A stretch of 64,000 nucleotides of DNA from Blepharisma stoltei ATCC 30299 (GCA_965603825.1 CBFDEM010000011.1:1054001-1118000), one strand, 5' to 3'. Positions 1 to 12,053 are shown, counted from the first letter of the stretch. The notes: generated by a model from the sequence alone, not told the origin. Made by a program: numbers and translations.

Positions 1-894
1 ATTTTGAGCACGTATCAGATTCATGAAGAAGAGAGGATGAAGCTGCTAAAAGAGTCATTGGCGAGGATGGTGGAGTATGAAAAAACGTTTTTTAAGTGCT
101 TGGAATATACTCTGGATGCGTTAGCTTTGGTAAGGGTTATGTAGCCAATTGAAAGTTTTAATCCAAGTGTAGATTTAAAGAAATGGGTAGATGATACGTA
201 TATAGAAAGCGTTATTGAAGAAATAGTTTTTGAGCCTTTTCATCATAATATGGAATTTGACAGGTTTTTGGTTGAATTAAAATCCTCACACCAAGGCGAC
301 ATTGTGAAAAAAATTATTGATAAATGCTGAAAAGGCGAGGTCATCGATTTTGATCAAAGATGTCAGTTTTCACAAACTATTGCCGAGCCTGAAGGGAAAA
401 AAGCCTGGATCGCTTTTCTTAATGAAAAGCGAAATCAAGGCCAATTTAAAATCCCTACTGAAACTTTTGTTATCATAGGAGAATTATTGCACGATGTCTT
501 GACAAGTATGCTTAATTCTTCCGCGTACAATTGTGCAAGCCAATGTATCATTTTATCACAAACATTTTACTATGAAAATGAAGGCCAAAAAAATTATTTG
601 CAAAATGAGGTCATAGATCATGCATTTTGGAAGCAAGAAGATGTATGGAAAACTATTATAACAGAAGCTATTGACCACGAAATAAAAAAATGCAATGAAT
701 ACTGCAAGGACATAATGCAGAATGATGAAGATTCCCATGAAAGATTAGGAGAAGTCGTTGTTTCACAGCTATCATCGTATGCACATATAATGGAAAGTTT
801 TCATGTCCCTGAGCACGAAATCCAACAAATTCTTAATACATTTGTTAAGAATTATAATTTGCCTGATGATATATTAATTACGTTTATGGCTTAA
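1..894 (+). CDS. 5'-truncated protein; helical (F-BAR-like) region plus SBF1/SBF2-like C-terminal domain; intron 130-144
   Basis: Frame 1 is open from base 1 once the 15-nt intron (in-frame TAG) is removed and TGA 328-330 is read as Trp. HAFWKQEDVW...QLSSYAHIMESF resembles the SBF2 domain. Ends TAA. Confidence 0.6.
130..144 (+). other. 15-nt spliceosomal intron GTAAGGGTTATGTAG
   Basis: GT..AG, A at position 10; removes an in-frame TAG from an otherwise continuous frame. Confidence 0.85.
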
Positions 895-932
895 TTGCTT
901 AAATTCATATTTTTAGCAATTCTGGAAAATAA

Positions 933-2228
933 TTAATCAAATTTATATTTTTTCGTTGGGCATCTTTTGGTTAGAAGAATCTCACAAAGAGCTTGATACT
1001 CTGGGGAAGGCGCGTTCACAATTTTTGGCTTTACGTCTATTTCTTTAGACATCTGTTTAAGCTTTATAGGGGCATGGTGGTGGGATGGAGTATGGTTTTC
1101 TGCATTAGAAATCATTGGAAGATTTATTGTTAATAAAAAAGACTTATCAATGTGAGTGCTGAGCTTGGAGTCTTCTTCTATGATTTTTGATAGAGATACA
1201 CCTTCAAGAGGAGTTTGTGTTTTTGAGCTAATAGAAATAGGAGGGCATTTCTTTCAAATACCTGCAGTTGATATAGCAAGTGGAGGCTCATTATCCATTG
1301 ATATGGCTTTAGAATGGTAAGATTTATGTTTGAGAGTGGTAGTCGGTCTTTCAATTTCTTCACTTGTATTTTCATATATTAAGAAAGGGTTTGGGGATTT
1401 TTCCCGTTTTTTGCAGACTGAGCTAGACACTCTGTGATGTATAATTTCATTTAAAAACTTGGGCAATTTAGCTGATTTTTCTGGAAATTCTAATATTCCT
1501 AAGGAGTGATTTTTTGTCTCATCATTTTTTGGTGACAAAATTGGACTTTTTTCTCTCGAATTCCTTGGCAAATAGTCCGCTACTTCGATCTCAAAAAATG
1601 TTTCTGAGATTATACAAGTATTAGAGGGGTAAAGCTTTATTATATAAACAAAAACAATTTCTTTTCCATTAGCTATCTATCTAGAGCTTACTTTGATATC
1701 TTCCCCTTCTTTTAGCACAGAATAATTTACTAATCCTCTCCTTATTCTCTCTATTGCTAACGTTCTAGATACAAACACTTTCACTTTTTGGCATCTCGGC
1801 AAAACATATCATAATGAGTTTGAAAAGCCTGCAGGATCTATAGGCTTTAAAGGCAAAGATTGCAAATAAATCCCATTTTTCAGGTTATTTTGATGTTTTT
1901 GGTGCTTAAATGCTTTGAAACCAAGGCGTTTTAGCAATATCATTGGCAGATAAATGATGTCTTCTTCAGAAGTGAAATATAGAGGAGCACAATATATAGG
2001 GGAACGATAGACTCGCTCTGGTTTCAGTATAAACAAATAAGGGCTCGGAAGATTTAATCTTGAGATATCCAATAAAACTGATTTCGGCAGAATTATTCTA
2101 TCTGATAATTCTAACTCTGAGCTATATTGAGGATAAAATGAGATTGGCAAAAAGCTTCTAAAATATTTAGAATACTGCGGAATACTATATAAAAGCTACT
2201 TATCATTTCGCTTGCTGCTAGAATTCAT
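933..2228 (-). CDS. UFD1-like domain protein with low-complexity C-terminus (~421 aa); introns 2185-2199 and 1677-1691
   Basis: ATG 2228. SDRIILPKSVL...PYLF...CAPLYFTSEEDIIYLP matches the UFD1 N-domain pattern. ORFs 1809-2150, 1254-1571 and 933-1115 join in one frame via two TGA=W and two 15-nt introns. Confidence 0.75.
1677..1691 (-). other. 15-nt intron GTAAGCTCTAGATAG
   Basis: GT..AG, A at position 10, removes in-frame TAG. Confidence 0.85.
2185..2199 (-). other. 15-nt intron GTAGCTTTTATATAG
   Basis: GT..AG, A at position 10, removes in-frame TAG and links ATG 2228 to the UFD1-like ORF. Confidence 0.8.
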
Positions 2229-2254
2229 TGCTCTCCTTTATTAAAATTAAAAGA

Positions 2255-3019
2255 ATGAGCAATTCCAATGACAAACTTTTATTTTTAAATCTGACTGAAG
2301 AATCTGAAAGATATCCATACACGCCAGCAATAAGTGATTTAAGCAGCTGAAATGATAATAAACAAATGATTTTTTTGAAAAAAAATATCCCATCGCCTAG
2401 GTCTCCCTTATCTTTAAGAAAAACTCCAATTAAAATAAATACTGATTTTAATGAAAAAACAAATGATAGTCTGCATGTGAATTATTTAGTGTTTAGCCCA
2501 GCTGAATCTTCAGCTTACAATCCTACCCCAAAGATGCGTAAAACTACGCCTATGAAATTTAGCTTGAAAAAAGAAGATTGCGAAGGGTTTTTAATTGCAA
2601 AATGCAATTGTATAGCTGTTGGGAAGTTGCCTGAAAATGATCTTATAAGTTTATCATTTTCTGGGTCTTGTGGCTCACCTAACTGCATCAATAAAAACAA
2701 AGTCGAGATAATTCAAAGGCGCACTAAAAAGCTAAAAACTAAAAGCCTTGAAAGGAAAAACACCAACCAAACTGACCTCAATAAGCAATCCCGCACAATG
2801 AAACTTCGTAAAAAACTAATAGAACTAAACAAATCAGTCAGCCCCAAAAATGTAGTAATTAGCATAGAAACCACAAAGAAAAATGATTTTTCTAAATCCA
2901 GCTCAATGAGAAAAGCATTTTCATCAAATGTAAGGCTTCCTTATATCAGGGTAAAGCCAATTTTTCATCTTGGGACGAGTATAAGAAGAGATTATCATAA
3001 TTTAAGTATGATAAATTAA
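2255..3019 (+). CDS. Hypothetical basic, Ser/Lys-rich protein (~254 aa)
   Basis: ATG 2255 is in frame with ORF 2366-3019 through one TGA; ends TAA. Confidence 0.65.
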
Positions 3020-3046
3020 CCTTTTCCATTTATTCCCTAAATAAAT

Positions 3047-3985
3047 ATGCTTATGGATAACTTTACAAAGACCTATAAAACTAAGCAATGCAGGAACTTT
3101 TCAAGCTCGATAGGCTGCACCTTAGGCCTGCTTTGCAATTTTTATCACACAGAAGAGGACCGTCGAAGGCTTCCAGATCAAACTTATGAGCCTATCCTCT
3201 GTATAGAAGCTGTGATCTCTGATGTATGTGCCCATGAATCTTGCCAATACTGCAGAAACCAAGTGGAGTATTTATTCCACCCTTCAAATTATAAAACTAA
3301 AGAATGCATATATAGAAGGGCAAGCCGTGAATGTATTCATAAAATGTGCCCATATACACATCCTGAAGATAAATCAATATCTCAGCAAGTCGAAGAAATT
3401 AAAGCATTTGAGCCGTCTATTATAGTGCCAGCAGTAGAATTAGCCTCACCTGAAGAAAGAAAGTTTTATATCTACAAAGAAGAAATTAAAAAATATGAAG
3501 ATCGAAAAACTGAATTTAAATCTTGCTCTTATAAGTCATTTAATGTGGCCTACGCTGTAGATCTCGTAGTTCCATACGTCAGCGCATTTTTAAATACAGA
3601 AGGAGGGACCCTTTATTATGGAATCAGAGATGATGGAATGGTGACTGGCGTCATTTTAACGAGAAAAGTTAGAGATAATTTTATTGTCACTTTGGACTCA
3701 AATTTAAATAGATTTAGCCCTCATTTGACTGGGGATGAATATGAAATAAAATTTGTGGACGTCATGAAGAAGGAGGATTTGAAGAAAATCAATGATATGT
3801 ATGTCATTGAGATTAAAGTGGAGAAAAGCAAAAATAATGAAGTTTATTTTACACATAAGAGTGAAGCTTATATTAAAAGAGATGCAAGCATCACACAGCT
3901 GAAAGGATTGTCATTAGTTAAGTTTTATGAAAAACGAAAAGGAGCGGCGTCTGGAGGGGCTACATCTGAAGGAGCTGCGCCATAG
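3047..3985 (+). CDS. Tandem CCCH (Unkempt-like) zinc finger + Schlafen AlbA_2 domain protein
   Basis: YKTKQC-x8-C-x5-C-x3-H and E..FHPSNYKTKEC...C...CPYTH fingers. C-terminal YEDRKTEFKS and YVSAFLNTEGGTLYYGIRDDG are the AlbA_2/Schlafen signature. Confidence 0.88.
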   Translation: MLMDNFTKTYKTKQCRNFSSSIGCTLGLLCNFYHTEEDRRRLPDQTYEPILCIEAVISDVCAHESCQYCRNQVEYLFHPSNYKTKECIYRRASRECIHKMCPYTHPEDKSISQQVEEIKAFEPSIIVPAVELASPEERKFYIYKEEIKKYEDRKTEFKSCSYKSFNVAYAVDLVVPYVSAFLNTEGGTLYYGIRDDGMVTGVILTRKVRDNFIVTLDSNLNRFSPHLTGDEYEIKFVDVMKKEDLKKINDMYVIEIKVEKSKNNEVYFTHKSEAYIKRDASITQLKGLSLVKFYEKRKGAASGGATSEGAAP

Positions 3986-6608
3986 AGAGTTTTGGGGGAT
4001 TTTATTATTAAGTTTCAAGAATATTAATATAAGGAGTTTAAGCCTAATTAATTGAAAAATTTAGACTGAAGTTAATAAATATAGAAAATAATGAAAATCC
4101 TTGAAACCATGAGCTAAGAAAGCAGATTCAAAGTATTATCAACTTTTGATGGGTAAAAATGCCATAATTCTGTCAATGCTTTAGAAGAATTATTTTGATT
4201 GACTATAAAATATGCATAATAAGAATTATCAGACACATATCACTACCAAAAGATTCATATACCTAAAATTTGTCTCAAAAATCCTATATCTATACATCCT
4301 CTAATTTTTCTTCAAATTCAGACAAAGCATTATTATTAATCCAATGGTTAGACCAGGACTATAAAGTCGCTCTGCTTGTTTATATTCTTCATCGGTCTTA
4401 GTAGCAATGATCCCATTCTTAATTGAGGCAGAAAGGAGAAATTTCTGTTACAATTTTCAACCCTAATAAAACCTTCTCAAAAGGTAGAAAATTCCTCAGA
4501 ATAAAAATTATAATAGAGATTGCTCGTATGTTTGGAATAATTTTATTAGAAATTGTCCTGCTAGGAAACTTTACATTGTGGTGCACTAAATGGGATGAAG
4601 GTTGACTAAAAGTTTACTTCATTAATTTTACGATGATTTTGTAAGGATAGTAAAAGGAACTGCATTTATGACTCAGTTCATATCGTTGAGGGGCTAGTTT
4701 TTTCTTAAAATCTGTTCGTTTTTTAAAAAGATTGTTAATTAGGCCGTTTCAAATTGCTTGTTATACTTTAATTGCAGAAAACACTTCAAATAACTGCATG
4801 AATGTATCAGTAGATCATCTAAGGCTTTATTATACAACAGGATATGGATTTCCTTAATGAATCAATTATTTAATCTGTGCCAAGAATTAGGATTACATCA
4901 GCCTAAGTTTTTAATAAATTGAATACTTGTCTATAAATAAATATTAGCTTGAAAGATTAAATTTATTTTACACAAATAACAAAATAAAATTAGTTTAAGC
5001 ATTAATAATGATAATAAAAAGCTTTTTAATTATAAAATTTTCATATTAATAAAATATTAGAACGATAATCAATCCGAAAAGTGACCGCATATAGCTTTAC
5101 AGATTGAATTATATGCACTAATAGGCTGATCAGTTAATTTTTTAATAGCATAGCTCAAATCTTTAAGCTATAAAACTGTTTAAGTAAATTTTTTAGCATT
5201 AAACATAAATGATCACTGTTGTGTCTTTAAATTGCTTATCAAGTTTCTGAGAAATAGATTTAGATTTATTACTAAAATTACTTAGCATTATAAATATATA
5301 TCTGCTATGCTTAATCTTTTTATTTATTTAAAACAATTTATATTGATTTAGGCTATGATATTATTAGACTTTTTCTTATAATATCAACGCATTATAAAAC
5401 ATTAGCGGCTTTATTGTTAATTAATCACTTTAAACAAACTAAAAACCTGCCGTTAAGCATCATATTTAAATTTCAAATTATGTTGAACAAAAGTTTTATA
5501 AATTATAATGGCTTTCTATTTAGGCTTCATATTTTAAATACTTTAAAATTCAAAACCTAAATAAAAATAATTTCGTTAGCAATAATTATATATTTTATTT
5601 GAAATTTTGGTATTATAGGCATTATAAATTTATTCTATAATGAATATTTATAAGAAAAAGCCTAAATAGGTATTATTAAAGCGGGCTACTATTATGCTTA
5701 AGTTAGCGATTATTTGTCTTAATTTTTTGTTGTCTCGTTCATGAAATACAAAATATAAGTATTTTTGCCAAAGAAAGTCACGGAGATACCCTAAAAGCTG
5801 AATTTAAACTTATAACGAGTTATAATAGACAGACTGACCACCATCTTTTTAATGAATCCATTACTGACTATTCATAAATGGAACGAAACAATAACTTGAT
5901 CAAATTTTCCACACAAAAAATCCTGCTTAAATAACTATTTTAAGCAGTAGAATCCAAAACTTTTAAAATCTAAATTTTTTTTCAAGCAATAAGTTGCATA
6001 AACATCTATGATATAAATGTAATTAAACTATTTAAATGAGATATTCAAAATTCATCAAATCAATACTTTACATTAAAAACGAGCAAGCTTATGATTATAA
6101 AAAATTATTATATTGAAAATACACTGTGCTATTAAAATTGTTGTAGGCTTTACAAAGCTCTTATAGCGAGCCCTAATAGTTTTTTTATTTATCTCATGAC
6201 TGACGTTGCTGACTGATTAGCTATACCTTCCTGGATAAAAATGGTGACTTATAAATGGGTTTTAATTCAATAATAAAGTTTCAAAAATGCCAGATGAGTA
6301 AATTTAATAACTCAAACTGATAGTTATTTTTCTATTTTCTTCAAAACTTTCCTTCTTCTCACATTTTCGTGATTGTCAGCATCTTCGCTTCTATTTTTGC
6401 CTCATATCCTATCCATTTTGAACTTAAAAAAAATTGAAATCAGAACTTTTTCTCCGATTTTTGGTGCAATTGTTGATTATGGTTTTTTAAAGCTATAGGA
6501 TCTTTAATTTGCTTTAAGATCTCATTCCCTTCACTCGCTTTCTGCCCTCAAGTCTTTTTTTGCTAGTTCATTTTTGTCAGTAACGTTTTGTTATAATATA
6601 TAATATAA

Positions 6609-7370
6609 ATGTCCGCAGCATCAACCCTCACTTTAAGCACTTCTGATCTATATAACTGCATTAGGCAGACTCAAGAACAAGTAATAAGTTCAACCCCACA
6701 ATTCAGTCCAAAATTTATGTTCACTGTACTCATCACAAATGACCTGATTTCTCTGCTAGGAAAAGTTCCTAATGAACTTTTACTTACAGGGCTTTCCAAT
6801 ATTCCACAGATCGCAGAAAACATTTCACCTAAATCATTTTACCCATCACCTCAATCACTATTTACAAAACGAACAGCACCATTTCTTCCAAATTATTCAC
6901 ATAAAAGGCTTACACTTGTTCTAGATTTAGATGAGACTCTAGGACACAAAATTCAAGAAAAATACTTAGTAAGGCCTTTTGTGTCAGAATTTTTAAGTAC
7001 ACTCAGCGAACACTTTGAAATCATTTTGTTTACTGCTGCTTCACAGAGATATGCCGATAGCGTTATGAACTTTGTTGATCCAGAACGAAAAATAAATTTA
7101 AGGCTCTATAAGCACCATACAATTGAAGTAGACGGAGTCTTGGTAAAAGATTTAAACTGTCTTGGCAGAGACCTTTCCAAAGTTATTATAATTGATAATT
7201 TTGCGAATAGTTTTCAAAGGCAGTCAGAAAATGGCATCGAAATTCAGTCTTGGCTGGGTGACCCAAACGACCATGCTCTAAAAGACCTGCTACCTTTTTT
7301 ACTAAAAGTGGCTAATGAAAATACTGAAGACGTAAGAATGGCCCTTACAGCATTTAAATTGACTAACTAA
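6609..7370 (+). CDS. NIF/SCP-family CTD small phosphatase-like (HAD fold)
   Basis: TLVLDLDETL, RPFVSEFL, FTAASQRYAD, KDLNCLGRDLSKVIIIDN motifs. Confidence 0.93.
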   Translation: MSAASTLTLSTSDLYNCIRQTQEQVISSTPQFSPKFMFTVLITNDLISLLGKVPNELLLTGLSNIPQIAENISPKSFYPSPQSLFTKRTAPFLPNYSHKRLTLVLDLDETLGHKIQEKYLVRPFVSEFLSTLSEHFEIILFTAASQRYADSVMNFVDPERKINLRLYKHHTIEVDGVLVKDLNCLGRDLSKVIIIDNFANSFQRQSENGIEIQSWLGDPNDHALKDLLPFLLKVANENTEDVRMALTAFKLTN

Positions 7371-7409
7371 TAAAAATGTAACATTAAAAAATACTTGTAA
7401 ACTTAAATC

Positions 7410-8873
7410 ATGTCTGATGCAAGAAGTAGAAGGAATGAGCACTTTCAATCGTCAATTTTTGAGCCTGCCCCTATTTCTAATAAGAAAGAAATAAGTGGGA
7501 GAGAAAATTATAACACAGGACAACAAAGACAGCGATCATGCGATACATTTAATTCAGAATACAGTAAAAGTAGACAAGGGGAATATAGAAAAGCGCAGGA
7601 AAATAGATTTGATGAGTATGAGACAGATAAATATAGCAGAAATAACAAGGACGAGCGCCAAAATTTAAACCGCTCTCTGTATGAAGGGTCAAATACTTCT
7701 TCATATAAGCCAAATGATACACGAAACTTGTTAGGAAACGACCAAACTAACTATTATCAAAGAGAAAACAAAACAAAACCATTTTATGATTTTGAGCCAA
7801 AATATGCAGAGACTTCTGCATTTAATCGAAAATATGCAGATTTATATGGAAACTCACAATCCTCGATTCCAAGCTACCCTAGAGAAGAAGCTCTATCAGA
7901 AAGCCGAGATATCTCTTCAAGGCAACGAAAGCAAGATAACATGGAATCAAATATTTTTTATCCTCCACAGTATCGGAATTTCAAACAAGAAGCCCCTCAA
8001 GAATCCCAAAGTTCCCAATTTTCCCCAGAGTCCAGAAGTGCTGAAATGAGGGAATCTTCTGTATTCGGCAAACAAGAGCCTCGACAAATCCCTAATCAAG
8101 CCATAGAAACATCTAATGACGACAAACGAAGAAAAAACCACATGTACTCAGACATTTTTGGTGAGCCAGAATACGAAACTAGTAGCAAAAAGCAAGATAA
8201 GCTAATCGCAGCTACTCAAAAATGAAGTGAAAACGACGCAAGAACTTATACAAGAGAAGAAGACTATGACGTCCACAAATTTAAATCAAAAAATCTCTGG
8301 GGTGATGAAAATTACTATCAAGAAAGAAATTTAACCCCTAAGCCAGCCAGAATGCCAGCACAAAATCCGCAGCAGTATAAAACAAGAGAAATGACCAGCT
8401 CTATGCAAGATTATAATGAATTTCCTACAAAGCAAGCCCAAGAGCCTGCTATAGCTGAATATGATTTAGAAAACCTCCCACGAAACACTACCAAAGATAG
8501 CCTAAAAAGGATTTGCAGCAGCGTCCATATTGTTTCGATACAAATTGATACTGATAATCTTACAGGATTTTGTAAAGGAACAGGGAAAATGATGATAAGG
8601 ACTTCAGCTAACGCCGAAAAAGACTTGCAAAGGCTGCAGCTAGATTTAGCAGACGAAGACATTGTGCTGAAAATCCACAGAGAAAATGTCGGGCTAAAGT
8701 CAAATTATTCAGAGCTGAGTGGGCTTAAATGGAATGACCCACATATAGTAGGAACCCCATCAGAGCATTCAGTAAAAAGCAAAGAATCATATAATAGGCC
8801 TGCATTGGACGAAACTTATATGGCAAATATACAATGGCAACGGACTAAAAATCCAAGATATGAATATAGGTAA
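7410..8873 (+). CDS. Low-complexity protein with repeated S-x-I/V-F motifs and C-terminal RRM-like domain (~487 aa)
   Basis: ORFs 7410-8225 and 8352-8873 are in frame across TGA 8223-8225. LENLPRNTTKDSLK...DNLTGFCKGTG is RNP2/RNP1-like. Confidence 0.75.
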
Positions 8874-8892
8874 TAATAAAAAATTCAATTAA

Positions 8893-9111
8893 TTAAGGAG
8901 ATTCGCCATTTGGCCTGCTTTTAATTTTTGCAGCAACTTTTTTGGCTTTGATGACTGCTTTTTGAAGCCTGTCTATATTAGATTTAGTGTCTTCTTCTTG
9001 GCTTAATAGCTGGACAAGGTGGCTTTCTTCTCTATCAACGCGTCATGTCCAAAATCTATCATCTTGTACATCTACAAATCCTCGTGTCGGCTTCTGTTGT
9101 CCTTTTTTCAT
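8893..9111 (-). CDS. Small 72-aa protein, possibly ciliary LLC1/CIMIP1-like (MKKGQQKPTRGFVDVQDDRFWTWRVDREE...)
   Basis: ATG after AT-rich leader, one internal TGA=W, TAA stop; absent from the ORF track because of the TGA. Confidence 0.65.
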
Positions 9112-9371
9112 TTATTATTAACTGATTCTAGATTATTAGTTTAAATAATTGCAAGTAGAAATATTTTATTTATTAAGAATATGCATATAAAAAGACTTAT
9201 TTTACAATAATTTTCAAATAATAAAAGGAATCGTAATGTTCCAGTTTTAATTTAAATTCCTAACTAAATATATCTTCTTATTGAGAATATAAAGCTGCCT
9301 TTACAGTATTTTTACTCTCTCTGTAATTATGTTTAGAAACTTTAATTGAAACCAGTTTCATATATAAAATT

Positions 9372-12053
9372 ATGGAAGAAGGACCAAATCTTAATCCCCA
9401 CAAAAAAATTGTCAGAATAAACAGCAACTTTCGTATCTGGTGAGACGTCTTCATGATTTCTATGGCGCTTTTTGAAATGTTCGCAGTTCCTTTTTACGTT
9501 GCATTTTTTGAGGCCGAATTCGATACTTTCTTTTATTGAAATTTCCCTGTAAACATGATTTTTTGCAGCGATGTTTTGTTGAATTTTGTGACTACATATA
9601 TCGATGAAAGCGGTGAAGAAATTTTTGATTACAGAAAAATTGCAAGGAACTATATGAGATTCAATTTTTGAATTGACCTTATTGGCTCATTGCCACTTGG
9701 CGACATTTTGGCTGCAGCACTCAAAAGCCACCAGGAATCCTATTGGGCACTCGATAACCTGCTGCAGCTAAACAGAGTTTTGAGAGCTGGAAGAATAATC
9801 CGGTATATCAGGACAGTCAAGACAAAAGTGATTTACAAGCTAGTCCGTATCATTGTTTATCTTATCATATGGTTTCACTTTTCTACCTGCTTCTGGTGGA
9901 TTACTGTCAGTGTCCACGGCGATTGAATACCATTCCCTGATTTTCTCCCAAGGAAAACTGACGTCTGGCATTCAAATATCTGATATCAGTTTTGGGCTGC
10001 ATGGTATCATGGCTCATTTCTGGTAAGAGGCGGAGAAGTGGCTCCTATTCATTTTAACGAGACTATGTTTGCGTCAGTTTTTATTATGCTTGGAGGACTC
10101 GTGACTGCTTTTTTGTTCAGAGAAATGATGTTCTTGTTGACAATTTTAAGGCAGAAAAAGACCAATTTTTATGGAAAACTGGACAGGTCAATAGAAGCGA
10201 TGAGCAATATGCAGCTTTCTGAAAGTTTGAAAAGGAAAATACTGGACTATATAATATCAACAGAAGTATCATTATCAGCCCAAGAAGAATATGAAACTTT
10301 TCAAAACTTTATTTCGCCGTCCTTATTAAAGGAAGTATCGGCATGTATTTATTATCCTATTATATCATTAAACCCAATTATGAGCAATGAAGAAGGCACA
10401 GTTGAAATGATTGTTAAGCATTTAAGCAATATATTTACAAGGCCTGAAGAGGAAATTATAAGGGTTGGAGACCCAGCGGATGCTATGTATTTTTTAGTGC
10501 ATGGAGAATGTAGCGTCAGTATGCACGATCGCTATGGGTCATTTAAAACTTTATCAATTCTTACCCCTGGCTCTCATTTTGGAGAAATTGGGATTGCTTT
10601 TAACTCTTTAAGAACTGCTAACGTCATCAGTCTTGGCTACTGCACAATTGCAAAATTAACGAAAACTGACTATAACAACTGAATAAAAATGTTTTCCCAT
10701 TTAGAGCAAAAAGTAAAAAGCTACGCATTTAGTTATAAAGACCCTTGGAAAGAATTTATTATAAGCTGCTTAAAGCAAGCCAATTTTTTAGAATTTTTGC
10801 ATCCAGACGCCCTTAGCGAAATTGTCTATAGTGCTGAAGTGACAAAGCTAGAAAAAGATATGTATTTATTCAAGCCTGGAGACCCAGTATCAGCAATGTA
10901 TATTATTGCTGATGGTGCTGTTGATTTATCAATAACCATAAATGAAAAACATATTCACACTCTCAAAAAAAGCGAAAATATTTTGGGAATTGAAACCTCT
11001 CCAAGGAAAAAAACCAGAAGGCCAGTAAAAAATACGGATTATGGGAAATATTATATGGATATCGGATTTATGAAAAATCTGAAGCATAGGGCTGAGGTCA
11101 TTCCTATTATGAATGATAAAGCTACAGTAGGGAGCATTGGCCCTGGTGAAGCAATCCCTGATAAAACAAAAGCAATAGGAAACTACCCCCAGGAAATTAT
11201 AATTGACACTTTAACACAAGGAACCTTAATTAACCCTTACCTCATGCTGTACAATGAAACAAATGAGCTCCAATGCAAAACAATCCAGCCCTCCACGATA
11301 TATACTATAAAAGCCAGTTTATTTGAAAAATTATCAGGAAATAACAATACAGACTGCAAGCGAGAATTCAAAAAATTAACCCAATCAAGGCCGAGGACTG
11401 TAGATTGGCTTGATTATTATAAGCTTGATATTAAAAACGAAGACGCCAAGCAAAACTGGAAATCGGCTATAGTCAGAGTTATATTGGAAGAGAGAAAAGA
11501 AAGAAAAAGATTTTTGTCGAGATTTGGGGTTTTATTATCAAAACTTCACGCTGTAAAAGCTTGTGAAAATGCTGGGAATTTGGATTTAGCTGATAAAGTA
11601 ATCAGTGGACAAATAGACCCAGAGTTGATATTAGATGATGGGACTTTGGATATTACAGATACGAAACAGATGATAACTAATTATTTGCCGAGGAGTCATC
11701 CTATAATGAAAGCTTTTAATACTGCCATTTCGTCAATTTCGACTGCTGAAGGGCATATATTAAAAGAATATAACACTTTGGAAGCTCATATTGACAGACA
11801 GTCAAAAACACTTAACAGTATTGGGAACCAAATTGAAGATTTACAGTTCAAAATGTCAAAAATCAATGATGTGCTCCATCGAGGAGGGCTTCACAAGCCA
11901 AGAAACATCAAATCTCCTGATATGAGAAAATCAATTGATGGGAGAAAATCCCCAGGCCTGGCACCAATCAGAAAATCAGCCCCAACTAGTGAAGATATAT
12001 TAGCTAGTCCAACCGACGAGCAGATTCCTTTCTTTGACTATGGCGAGCAATAA
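9372..12053 (+). CDS. Cyclic-nucleotide-binding-domain cation channel (KCNH/CNG superfamily), ~893 aa
   Basis: One frame with six TGA=W (9441, 9537, 9669, 9924, 9981, 10680). FRIWWD, FWIDLIGSLP, S4 LNRVLRAGRIIRYIR, CNBD GSHFGEIG...RTANV, and a second CNBD-like region. Confidence 0.92.

Noticed and set aside
5923-5947. Inverted repeat CTGCTTAAA-N7-TTTAAGCAG
   Set aside because: Short and AT-rich; plausible by chance, with no supporting context
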